64,000 bases of DNA, taken from Faecousia sp. Its GTDB lineage: Bacteria > Bacillota > Clostridia > Oscillospirales > Oscillospiraceae. The stretch covers positions 2,389 through 66,388 of the forward strand of contig JAZNPV010000094.1 in the NCBI GenBank assembly GCA_045589835.1, given 5' to 3'. Shown here in pieces: positions 39,215 through 47,635 of this stretch. The position numbers were made by a program, and so were the translations under genes. The number at the start of each line of letters is the position of its first letter. The stretch's first letter is position 1. Under the pieces are notes generated by a model that worked only from the letters and a program-made list of their open reading frames with translations, made no database searches and was not told the DNA's origin.

Positions 39215-40398
39215 ACCCCAAACAGCTTGGTCACACCGGCCTCATCCAACTGGGCGCCGATCACGCACAGTTTGCCGGTAACGGCAGCACTGCCACTGCG
39301 CACATCCGCTTCACCGGGGACATAGTCAAAATGGATCCAGCCGCCATCGGTGCAGGGAACAATGCCCTTTGCCCGCAGCACGATGCCGTATCTACCTGTA
39401 TCCAAAGACAGCAGTGCAGTGCGAATCTCAGCGTCACTGAATTTTCTGGCAGTCTCCACACCCCAGGAGGTAAACACCTCATCGGCATGGTGATGGTGTT
39501 CACCGTGGTCATGACCGCAGCAGCAATGCCCCTCCTCGTGGTGGTGTTCATGCTCATGGTGATGGCCGTGGCAGCAATGATGCTCCTCGTCATGGTGGTG
39601 TTCATGCTCACCGTGGTGGCCGTGGCAGCAATGATGCTCCTCATCACGGTGGTGTTCATGCTCGCCGTGGTGGCCGTGGCAGCAATGATGCTCCTCGTCA
39701 TGGTGGTGTTCATGCTCACCGTGGTGGCCATGACAGCAATGATGCTCCTCGTCATGGTGATGAGCATGCTCCTGCTCCAATCTTTCCAGTTCCGCTGCCA
39801 GTGTGGCCCTTCCTTCCATAGCCTCCAGCAACTGCTGACCGGTCAATTCCGGCCAGGGTGTGGTTACGATCGTCGCATCCCCATTATGCTGACGCAGCAG
39901 TGCCACCGCATTATCCAGCTTCTGCTGAGGAATTCCATCAGTACGAGACAGGATAATTGTGGACGCTGTTTCGATCTGATTGTTGTAGAATTCACCGAAG
40001 TTCTTCATATAGACTTTGACTTTGCCTGCATCTACCACGGCTACAGCAAAGCCCATGGCCACATCATCGCCGGTGACCTTCTCTACAGCAGCGATTACAT
40101 CGGACAGCTTGCCCACACCGGAGGGCTCGATCACGATCCTGTCAGGTGCATACTGCTCAATCACCTGCGTCAAAGCCTTACCAAAGTCGCCAACCAGAGA
40201 ACAGCAGATACATCCGGAGTTCATCTCTGTAATATTGATGCCCGCATCCTTCAGAAAGCCGCCGTCAATACCAATCTCGCCGAACTCGTTTTCGATCAGC
40301 ACCAGCTTTTGTCCACAGTAAGCCTCCTGAATCATTTTCTTGATCAGGGTCGTCTTACCGGCCCCCAGAAATCCGGAATAAATATCAATTTTTGTCAT
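39211..40398 (-). CDS. COG0523/CobW family metallochaperone GTPase with His/Cys-rich insert
   Basis: SGFLGAGKTT, ENEFGE, GCICC, EPSG, LRAKG. Confidence 0.92.
   Translation of the reverse strand: MTKIDIYSGFLGAGKTTLIKKMIQEAYCGQKLVLIENEFGEIGIDGGFLKDAGINITEMNSGCICCSLVGDFGKALTQVIEQYAPDRIVIEPSGVGKLSDVIAAVEKVTGDDVAMGFAVAVVDAGKVKVYMKNFGEFYNNQIETASTIILSRTDGIPQQKLDNAVALLRQHNGDATIVTTPWPELTGQQLLEAMEGRATLAAELERLEQEHAHHHDEEHHCCHGHHGEHEHHHDEEHHCCHGHHGEHEHHRDEEHHCCHGHHGEHEHHHDEEHHCCHGHHHEHEHHHEEGHCCCGHDHGEHHHHADEVFTSWGVETARKFSDAEIRTALLSLDTGRYGIVLRAKGIVPCTDGGWIHFDYVPGEADVRSGSAAVTGKLCVIGAQLDEAGVTKLFGV
39517..39770. repeat. 54-bp coding tandem repeat, about 4.5 copies (HHHDEEHHCCHGHHGEHE)
   Basis: CAGCAATGATGCTCCTC recurs at about 39572, 39626, 39680 and 39734. 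Confidence 0.9.
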
Positions 40399-40431
40399 TG
40401 TAAACACCTTCTGTATATTTGATTTTTATGT

Positions 40432-40460
40432 ATTATAGCACTGAACCCCAATTATGACAA
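40432..40460 (-). promoter_or_regulatory. Sigma-A promoter of the cobW-like operon
   Basis: TTGTCA-17-TATAAT with TGn. Confidence 0.75.
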
Positions 40461-40519
40461 GCCCAAAAAGCTTCGACAGCATCCCCTTGCATTTTTTTAG
40501 ATCCTTACTGTACTTTATA

Positions 40520-40592
40520 GCTGGCGGATATTCTCCCCGAATGCGACAAACCGCCACCGCCGCTGCATATCTCCCAGGCAGCGGCGGTTTTT
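40520..40592 (+). ncRNA. Candidate small RNA: two hairpins with C-rich loops, the second being a terminator
   Basis: TTGCAT-18-TACTTT upstream; plus-strand terminator with no plus-strand CDS nearby. Confidence 0.5.
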
Positions 40593-40594
40593 CT

Positions 40595-40705
40595 ATAAAT
40601 TTTAATTTATCGCTCCGTTTGCAAATGAATTGAAAAATGTAGGGGCCAATGCCCTCGGCGACCCCTACATTAGCATTTGTAGCAATGCTATAAATACAAA
40701 TTTAT
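40595..40705 (-). repeat. Cassette with collapsed REP pair, copy B
   Basis: 40/43 identity to the left arm and 23/26 to the right arm of copy A; both ends are ATAAA-N6-TTTAT. Confidence 0.8.
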
Positions 40706-40706
40706 C

Positions 40707-42206
40707 TCACGATACCGGGATCAGCAGCATCTGCTCTGTGTCCGGTTCGCCTGTCAACCGGTTGGCCTCCTGAATTGCCTGCACCGTAGAACCAGAGCTT
40801 TTTGCCAGATCCCACAGTCTATTATTCCCGGCTTTACGCAGGATCAAACTGGGTCTGCCCGGATCCAGCTCCTCCAGTTCCCCTAATTCCAGTGCCGTCA
40901 TCATAGGAATCCCCTGCTGTCCAAAGGTCATTGTGTTAAGCAGTATGTCTGCACGTAAACCGGCATTTCCGCCGCTGATCGTTCCCTGCGGTATGCCGCT
41001 GGGCCAAATTGCTGCCTGTGTAACAGTATCCGGTGCTGCGGGAATTTCCCACGTATCTTCCCAATGCTGCATTACGCTTTGCAGATTGCCTTCCATGTCA
41101 TAATAGAGCATTTGAAATTGTCCTGGCATTTCAACAATCGCGCCGTTTTCATTATGGGTTACCCGTCCGTGTTCCGGATAAAACGCCATATCCACCACTC
41201 GGGTTCCTTCAACCGGCACAGACTGCTCCGCATGGATGGTCTGGCTGCTCTCATCCAGCGCCATTGACTGCTGGGACCTGACCATTTGGGGCGTCACCTT
41301 TCTTCTGGGACTGTATGCGTCTTCCGCCACTTCGACCATTTGCCGGTCATGGATTACATACTGGCCGGTCAGTCCTGCCTTTACCCGAAGCTGCCCTTCC
41401 TCATCCCTGTCCAATTCCAGACTTGTTACGGCCGGGATTATGTATGCAGCCGCATCCTGACCGTAGCTACCATCCAATTCCGCATACTGGGAAAAAGGCA
41501 TCTCACAATCCCAGCTGTATAAATTCTCATCCGTTCCCTGATACAGCATATGGAACATCCCACTGCCCCGGAACACCACTTTATCCCCCATAACCTTCTG
41601 ATCCACGATTTCCGGCTGCAGCGAACAGCGCAGCACCTTCTCTACAGGTGTCATGGACCCGGGAAGCGACAGTACTTCTTCCACGGCAAAGGGCTTTTCC
41701 CCTGCTTCCTTCGGCATTTTCACCGGATAGGTGTTTTTCAATAGCTGCACATCTTCCGGCACCTCAGTTGGAATAAACACTTCCTGTTCAACAGGCAGCA
41801 ATGCCTCTGCCAGCACACTGACCGTGGCCCGAACCATCAGCTTCCTTGCCGCGATGCTTCTGGCATCCACGCTGTGCAGCCTGCAGTGTGCCCGGATCGT
41901 GCCGTCCCGTTCCGTGTCCGGCAGATCCCACTTCATTTGAAAGGGTATCCATGTTTCTAAGCTTCGGCTCTGGCCGCCCTCCTCCGGTGCGTACAGGATC
42001 CATACCATTACGCCCCCGGAAACCTGCATGCTGCCGCTGCGCCATTCCTTACCCCGCATCAGCACCTGTCCCCAGGCACCCAGAACTCTGCCGATATCCG
42101 GCATCTCATCTGCCAGCCGTACTTCCTGGGTCTGTTCCTGATTCTGTGTCTCCCATTTGATTTGCCGCAGGCAGGGATATATGGTTTTATGAAACTGCAA
42201 TTCCAA
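40707..42206 (-). CDS. SipL-like spore coat morphogenetic protein (SPOCS/DUF3794 plus C-terminal LysM)
   Basis: MPDIGRVL-type repeated domains; LWDLAK..STVQAIQEAN LysM; AAGGAG RBS before TTG; sigma-E-like GCATAA..AATATACT upstream. Confidence 0.8.
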   Translation of the reverse strand: MELQFHKTIYPCLRQIKWETQNQEQTQEVRLADEMPDIGRVLGAWGQVLMRGKEWRSGSMQVSGGVMVWILYAPEEGGQSRSLETWIPFQMKWDLPDTERDGTIRAHCRLHSVDARSIAARKLMVRATVSVLAEALLPVEQEVFIPTEVPEDVQLLKNTYPVKMPKEAGEKPFAVEEVLSLPGSMTPVEKVLRCSLQPEIVDQKVMGDKVVFRGSGMFHMLYQGTDENLYSWDCEMPFSQYAELDGSYGQDAAAYIIPAVTSLELDRDEEGQLRVKAGLTGQYVIHDRQMVEVAEDAYSPRRKVTPQMVRSQQSMALDESSQTIHAEQSVPVEGTRVVDMAFYPEHGRVTHNENGAIVEMPGQFQMLYYDMEGNLQSVMQHWEDTWEIPAAPDTVTQAAIWPSGIPQGTISGGNAGLRADILLNTMTFGQQGIPMMTALELGELEELDPGRPSLILRKAGNNRLWDLAKSSGSTVQAIQEANRLTGEPDTEQMLLIPVS

Positions 42207-42270
42207 GCGAATCACTCCTTATCGTCGCATTGCTACTGAAGTATATTCGCCTGCGGACAAGTTTATGCCA

Positions 42271-42420
42271 CTATTTTTTCTTCATAGTGCCCAAGCCTAG
42301 TATGATCACACCAAAACCGAAGCAATGGCACAAAAATCCCCCTTCCAACCAGGTGCCGATCAGTATTCCCAAACCAAAAGCCATCATTACGCAGCCCCAA
42401 AGCTGATTGTGCCGGCACAT
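42271..42420 (-). CDS. 49-aa two-TM membrane peptide (not in the ORF track)
   Basis: MCRHNQLWGCVMMAFGLGILIGTWLEGGFLCHCFGFGVIILGLGTMKKK; GGGGGTG RBS. Confidence 0.65.
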   Translation of the reverse strand: MCRHNQLWGCVMMAFGLGILIGTWLEGGFLCHCFGFGVIILGLGTMKKK

Positions 42421-42463
42421 AAAAACACCCCCTGCATTACTCTATGCAGGGGGTGCTGCAATA

Positions 42464-43171
42464 TTAACCGCCCAAATAGGCTTTGCGGACATCGTCGCTG
42501 TTGGACAGCTCCGCGCCGGTACCGCTGAGTGTAATAGTACCGGTTTCCAAAACATAGGCGCGGTCGGCCACCTCAAGAGCCTTGCTGGCATTCTGCTCAA
42601 CCAGCAGGATCGTAGTGCCCGCTGCATGCAATTCCTTAATAATGGAGAATATCTGATCCACCAGAATGGGTGCCAGACCCATGGAGGGCTCGTCTAGCAT
42701 AATCAGCTTTGGCTTGCTCATCAGTGCGCGGCTCATGGCCAACATCTGCTGTTCGCCGCCGGAAAGAGTACCGGCGATCTGCTTACGGCGCTCCTGCAGT
42801 CTGGGGAACAGGGTAAATATCTTATCCAGTTCTTCCTTGGAAACATCTTTCTGGGTAAACGCACCCATTTCCAGATTTTCCTGTACAGTCATCTGCAGGA
42901 AGATCCGTCTGCCCTCCGGCACATGGGCAAGACCCTGATGCACCAGCTTATAGGCATCGGTGTGGGCAATATTCTTGTCCATAAACTGGATGGAACCGCT
43001 TCTGGGATGCATCAAGCCGGAAACCGTTTTCAGAATTGTACTCTTGCCGGCACCGTTGGCACCGATCAGCGCCACAATCTCGCCCTCCGCCACTTCAAAG
43101 GACACGCCTTTGACCGCATGGATGGCACCGTAGTACACATGCATATCTTCAACCTTCAGGATGGTCTGCAT
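42464..43171 (-). CDS. livF: Branched-chain amino acid ABC transporter ATPase
   Basis: GANGAGKST, VPEGRRIF, LSGGEQQM, DEPSMGLAP. Confidence 0.93.
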   Translation of the reverse strand: MQTILKVEDMHVYYGAIHAVKGVSFEVAEGEIVALIGANGAGKSTILKTVSGLMHPRSGSIQFMDKNIAHTDAYKLVHQGLAHVPEGRRIFLQMTVQENLEMGAFTQKDVSKEELDKIFTLFPRLQERRKQIAGTLSGGEQQMLAMSRALMSKPKLIMLDEPSMGLAPILVDQIFSIIKELHAAGTTILLVEQNASKALEVADRAYVLETGTITLSGTGAELSNSDDVRKAYLGG

Positions 43172-43172
43172 A

Positions 43173-44018
43173 TCACTTATCCTCCTTCTTGCCAAGATAC
43201 GCTTCGATAACAGCTGGGTCAGCTTTGATCTGCTCAGGTGTTCCCTTGGCTATGATCCGGCCGTAGTTGACCACCACAATACCCTCGCACACATTCATAA
43301 CCAGATTCATGTCATGCTCAATGAGGAAAATAGCGATCTGGAAGGTATCACGGATCCGCCGGATCTGGTGCATCAGTTCTTCCGTTTCTGTGGGGTTCAT
43401 ACCCGCAGCCGGCTCATCCAGCAGGATGATAGAGGGATCGGTAGCCAGTGCCCGGACGATCTCCAACCGCCGCTGCACGCCGTAGGGCAGGCTGCCTGCC
43501 TTGGCATTGGCCATATCCGCCAGACCCATAAAGTCCATCAGCTCCATGGCCTTCTCGTTCGCTTTCTTTTCTGCCTTAAAATAAGGAGGCAGCCGCAGCA
43601 GAGAGGACGCAAAGGAACACTTGATGGAATTGTGCATACCCACCTTAACATTATCCAACGCAGACATGTCGTTAAACAGGCGGATATTCTGGAAAGTTCT
43701 CGCCACACCAAGACGGTTGACCTTCGCTGTGGTCATGCCCTTGGTGTCGATGCCGTTGACCAGAATACTGCCCCGGGTGGGCTGGTAAACGCTGGTCAGC
43801 AGGTTAAAGATAGTGGTCTTACCGGCACCGTTGGGTCCGATCAGACCGGAGATCTCCGTAGGGCCGATGGTCATATTGAAGCCATCTACCGCAGTCAGTC
43901 CGCCGAAGTCAATACCCAGATTGCGGACATCCAGCACAGGCTGCTTGCCTACATCCTGCTCACGGTGCAGATTGGTGCTGATAACCTCCACCATTTTTCT
44001 GGAATAATGATCAGCCAT
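43173..44018 (-). CDS. livG: Branched-chain amino acid ABC transporter ATPase
   Basis: GPNGAGKTT, RTFQNIRLF, DEPAAGMN, VIEAYLG. Confidence 0.93.
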   Translation of the reverse strand: MADHYSRKMVEVISTNLHREQDVGKQPVLDVRNLGIDFGGLTAVDGFNMTIGPTEISGLIGPNGAGKTTIFNLLTSVYQPTRGSILVNGIDTKGMTTAKVNRLGVARTFQNIRLFNDMSALDNVKVGMHNSIKCSFASSLLRLPPYFKAEKKANEKAMELMDFMGLADMANAKAGSLPYGVQRRLEIVRALATDPSIILLDEPAAGMNPTETEELMHQIRRIRDTFQIAIFLIEHDMNLVMNVCEGIVVVNYGRIIAKGTPEQIKADPAVIEAYLGKKEDK

Positions 44019-45093
44019 TGTCAGCGCCTCCCTTCTTCTTAAACAAGCCCGGGAGCTTTTCCTTCAGCCCAAGCTCCACTACCTGCATGGTCTGCTTGAC
44101 CTTGGGAGACCATGTAAACAGCATAACAACGATCAGCACGACGGCATATAGAATCATTCTCAGATTTGCCAAGCTTCGCATAGCCTCCGGCAGAACATAA
44201 AGCACGGTTGCGGACACTACCGATCCCAAAATATTTCCCATGCCGCCCAAAACTACAAACACCAAAATATCGATAGAAGTGGCAAAGCCAAATTTCGATG
44301 CCTGAAGAGCAGAGAAGTTTAGTCCGTAGAGGGCACCTGCCATACCCGCTAAAAATGCAGATGTAACAAACGCCTTCATTTTGAATGCCGTTACATTGAT
44401 GCCTACAGACTCTGCCGCGATCCGGTTGTCCCGAATTGCCTTGATTGCCCGCCCTTCCTTTGAGTTTACCAGATTCAGTACCACAAACAGCGTAAAGATG
44501 ATCAGCACAAAGCCCATGAAGAATGTAGCAATCTTATCCACACCAGTCGCGCCCAGAGGACCGCTGAGAATAATCTTTCCGCCTTCCTCCAAATGGAGGT
44601 TTTCTGCCTTCATGGCAAAGTGGATTCCCACAGAATCCTTACCGATGTACAGATTTGCCAGCAAATTCTTCAATATCTCACCAAATGCCAGCGTCACGAT
44701 TGCCAGATAGTCACCCCGCAGACGCAGGACCGGAATTCCGATTACAACACCAGCCACACCGGCAATCAGGCCGCCGCCCAACATAGCCACCAACAGACGC
44801 AGAAAATCATTGTCAACTTGGCCTTTTAGTAATGATGCCACAACAATGCCAGCAAAGGCGCCCACGCCCATAAAGCCCGCATGGCCCAGACTGAGCTCAC
44901 CGGAAATACCAACTACCAGGTTCAGAGATACCGCCAGTACGATATACGCGCAAATAGGAATCAGATAGCCCTTCATAGAGCGAGTCAGCATATTCGCATC
45001 AGAAAGGCTTTGCATCACGATATATGCCACGATAACCAAAGTATAGGTGCATACCGCTGTTTTATGTTTTTTCAGCCAATTTAAAATCTTCAT
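44011..45093 (-). CDS. livM: Branched-chain amino acid ABC transporter permease
   Basis: SLGHAGF, LRLRGDYLAIVTLAFGEI. Confidence 0.92.
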   Translation of the reverse strand: MKILNWLKKHKTAVCTYTLVIVAYIVMQSLSDANMLTRSMKGYLIPICAYIVLAVSLNLVVGISGELSLGHAGFMGVGAFAGIVVASLLKGQVDNDFLRLLVAMLGGGLIAGVAGVVIGIPVLRLRGDYLAIVTLAFGEILKNLLANLYIGKDSVGIHFAMKAENLHLEEGGKIILSGPLGATGVDKIATFFMGFVLIIFTLFVVLNLVNSKEGRAIKAIRDNRIAAESVGINVTAFKMKAFVTSAFLAGMAGALYGLNFSALQASKFGFATSIDILVFVVLGGMGNILGSVVSATVLYVLPEAMRSLANLRMILYAVVLIVVMLFTWSPKVKQTMQVVELGLKEKLPGLFKKKGGADNG

Positions 45094-45103
45094 TCCCATC
45101 ACC

Positions 45104-45985
45104 TCACACTTTCTCTTGCACCTGCTTGCCCAAAAGGCCTGCAGGCTTCACCAGCAGAATGATGATCAGCACAAGGAACACAATAGCATCAGAAAATTGA
45201 GTAGAAATATAAGCCTTGCTGAAAGTCTCGATCAGACCCAGGATTACACCGCCCAGCATAGCGCCGGGAATGGAGCCAATACCGCCAAACACCGCTGCCG
45301 TAAAGGCACGGATTCCGGGCATGGAGCCAGTTGTGGGCTGCAAGGTAGGAACGGTGGAACACAGAAGCACACCGGCAACAGCTGCCAAAGCGGAGCCGAT
45401 AGCAAAAGTGGTGGAAATGGTGCGGTTCACGTTGATACCCATCAGCTGAGCCGCATCCCGGTCCTCTGCCACAGCACGCATTGCCTTGCCGATCTTGGTT
45501 TTTCCCGTAAAGAGCGTCAGGCAGATCATCACCAGCATAGAAACGCCCATGGTCAGCAGGACCTCGCCGGTAATCACCAACTGACCGCCTGCCAGTTGAA
45601 TAGGTGTCATGGTTACCACGCTGGTAAAGCTCTTGGTGGCCTCACCCCAGATCAGCTGTGCTGCATTCTGCAGGAAATAGCTGACACCGATAGCTGTGAT
45701 CAACACCGCCAGACTGGATGTACCCCGCAAAGGCCGGTAAGCCAGTCCCTCGATCAAAACGCCCAACAGCGTACACACCATCATGGCAGCCACGATACTG
45801 ACTACTGCCGGCAGACCCAGATAGTTGGTTACACAAAAAGATATGTACGCACCCACCATGATAACGTCACCGTGGGCAAAGTTCAGCATCTTGGCAATAC
45901 CGTAAACCATGGTATAGCCCAACGCAATGATTGCATAGACAGCACCAATACTAATGCCATTAATTAAGTGTTGTAAAAAACCCAT
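45104..45985 (-). CDS. livH: Branched-chain amino acid ABC transporter permease
   Basis: ALGYTMVYG, NFAHGD, GGIGSIPG. Confidence 0.93.
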   Translation of the reverse strand: MGFLQHLINGISIGAVYAIIALGYTMVYGIAKMLNFAHGDVIMVGAYISFCVTNYLGLPAVVSIVAAMMVCTLLGVLIEGLAYRPLRGTSSLAVLITAIGVSYFLQNAAQLIWGEATKSFTSVVTMTPIQLAGGQLVITGEVLLTMGVSMLVMICLTLFTGKTKIGKAMRAVAEDRDAAQLMGINVNRTISTTFAIGSALAAVAGVLLCSTVPTLQPTTGSMPGIRAFTAAVFGGIGSIPGAMLGGVILGLIETFSKAYISTQFSDAIVFLVLIIILLVKPAGLLGKQVQEKV

Positions 45986-46135
45986 TGTTTCCCTCTCTTT
46001 CCCGACAGCCTATGACAGCAGCTTACCACAGTAAGCTGCTGTCATGGACTGTCGAACTCTGGAAATACCGATTACTCTATATTCCACGCAAACCGGACAG
46101 AGGAAAGCCTCTGTCCAGCCTGCGTAGATTATTTC

Positions 46136-47278
46136 TTATTCGGCAGTAACATACACGCCATTTTCGATCATAACAGCCTTGGGATACTTGGAAACAGCAC
46201 CGTCTTCGCCCCAAGTCATATCCTCACCGGTCAGGCCGTCGAATTCATTGGAGGTAAACCACTCGATCAGCTTTTCGCAGATCTGCTCTGCGGTCATGTC
46301 GGGAGTGACCTTCATGGCAGTACAAGCTTCATAGATGGCATAACCCACGTCATATGCGTCGGCAGCAAACTGATTGGGAGCAACGCCGTACTTCTCGGTG
46401 TACGCCTTTACAAACGCCTGTGTCTTGGGATCCTGTGCAGTGGAATCAAAGGGAGTCAACAGCATAACGCCTTCTGCCAGAGACTTATCAAAGCCTTCCA
46501 CACCCAGAATGCCGTCCAGGCCGTCACAACCAAAGAACTTGGGCTCATAGCCGATCTTGTTTGCGGAGTTCAGCACCTGAACTGCCTCAGCGGTGTACAG
46601 GGGCAGAAATACCAAATCGCAGCCAGCTTCCTTGCAGCTTGTAACCTGCGTGGTCAGATCGGCCTTAGTGTCATTGGTGAATGCCTGCTCTGTAGCGATC
46701 TCCAGTCCCAGTTGGTTGGCCTGTGCCTTAAAGGTCTGGTAAATACCGGTGGAGTAGGGGGAGGAAGAGTCGTAAATAATACCCACCTTGGTAGCAACCT
46801 TGTTGTCAAAGATGTAGTCTGCGGAGGCCTTTCCCTGGTTGGGATCGGAGAAACAGATCTGGAAAATGTTGTCACCGGCGGTAATAACAGCAGCATCAGA
46901 TGCGGAGGGAGTCAGCATAAACACACGGTCGCTGGCACACTCAGCTGCGGTGGCGGCAGCAGAACCGGAGGTGGTGGGACCGGCCATGATCTGCACACCC
47001 CAGTCCACCAGAGTGTTATAAGCGTTGACAGCAGGCTCTACATCAGCCTCGTCATCTTCTGCGCGGGTCTCAAACTGCAGACCACCCAACTTGTTGATCT
47101 CTTCAAATGCCAGCGCCAGACCGTTAGCCACTGCCACACCATATACTGCGTAGTCATTATTCAGAGGGCCGCTGGTACCAACCTTGATCTTACCAGACTG
47201 CTGATTAGCAGGCTGACAGCCGGCAAACAGAGCAGCCATCATCAGGACTGCCAATACAAGTGCAAATACCTTTTTCAT
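46136..47278 (-). CDS. Branched-chain amino acid ABC substrate-binding lipoprotein (LivJ/LivK-like)
   Basis: Lipobox FAGC; periplasmic binding protein type 1 features; first gene of the liv operon. Confidence 0.9.
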   Translation of the reverse strand: MKKVFALVLAVLMMAALFAGCQPANQQSGKIKVGTSGPLNNDYAVYGVAVANGLALAFEEINKLGGLQFETRAEDDEADVEPAVNAYNTLVDWGVQIMAGPTTSGSAAATAAECASDRVFMLTPSASDAAVITAGDNIFQICFSDPNQGKASADYIFDNKVATKVGIIYDSSSPYSTGIYQTFKAQANQLGLEIATEQAFTNDTKADLTTQVTSCKEAGCDLVFLPLYTAEAVQVLNSANKIGYEPKFFGCDGLDGILGVEGFDKSLAEGVMLLTPFDSTAQDPKTQAFVKAYTEKYGVAPNQFAADAYDVGYAIYEACTAMKVTPDMTAEQICEKLIEWFTSNEFDGLTGEDMTWGEDGAVSKYPKAVMIENGVYVTAE

Positions 47279-47542
47279 AACCAATTCTCCTTTTTATTTC
47301 CTTATCGGACAATATCATAAAGAAGCAGGTGCAGATCTTGCAGATGCTTTTTTATTCATGAACCCAAGCCTTGCGCTTTTTTACGCTTCTCGCTTAAGTC
47401 TTTGCTATTGTATCTCACAGACGCACATTTGTCAACCTGCCAAAGTACAAAAAGAACATATTTCTGTATCATAATTTTTGTGGAAATAGCCACAAAACAC
47501 CAATATGTGTAAATATTGTACTCCATTAAAACAGGTTTTGTA

Positions 47543-47587
47543 AAACAGTTAACCCGGCCCATCGTTCATAGGCCGGGTTAACTGTTT
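47543..47587 (-). terminator. Terminator after the PBP gene
   Basis: AAACAGTTAACCCGGCC / GGCCGGGTTAACTGTTT. Confidence 0.75.
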
Positions 47588-47635
47588 ATTGTTCCAAATA
47601 CAGCAGTGTCTGTTGTTCCCAAAGCTGTTTAATAC

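Noticed and set aside
39487-39770. Regular repeats as a possible CRISPR array
   Set aside because: No unique spacers; in-frame 54-bp coding repeat; no cas genes
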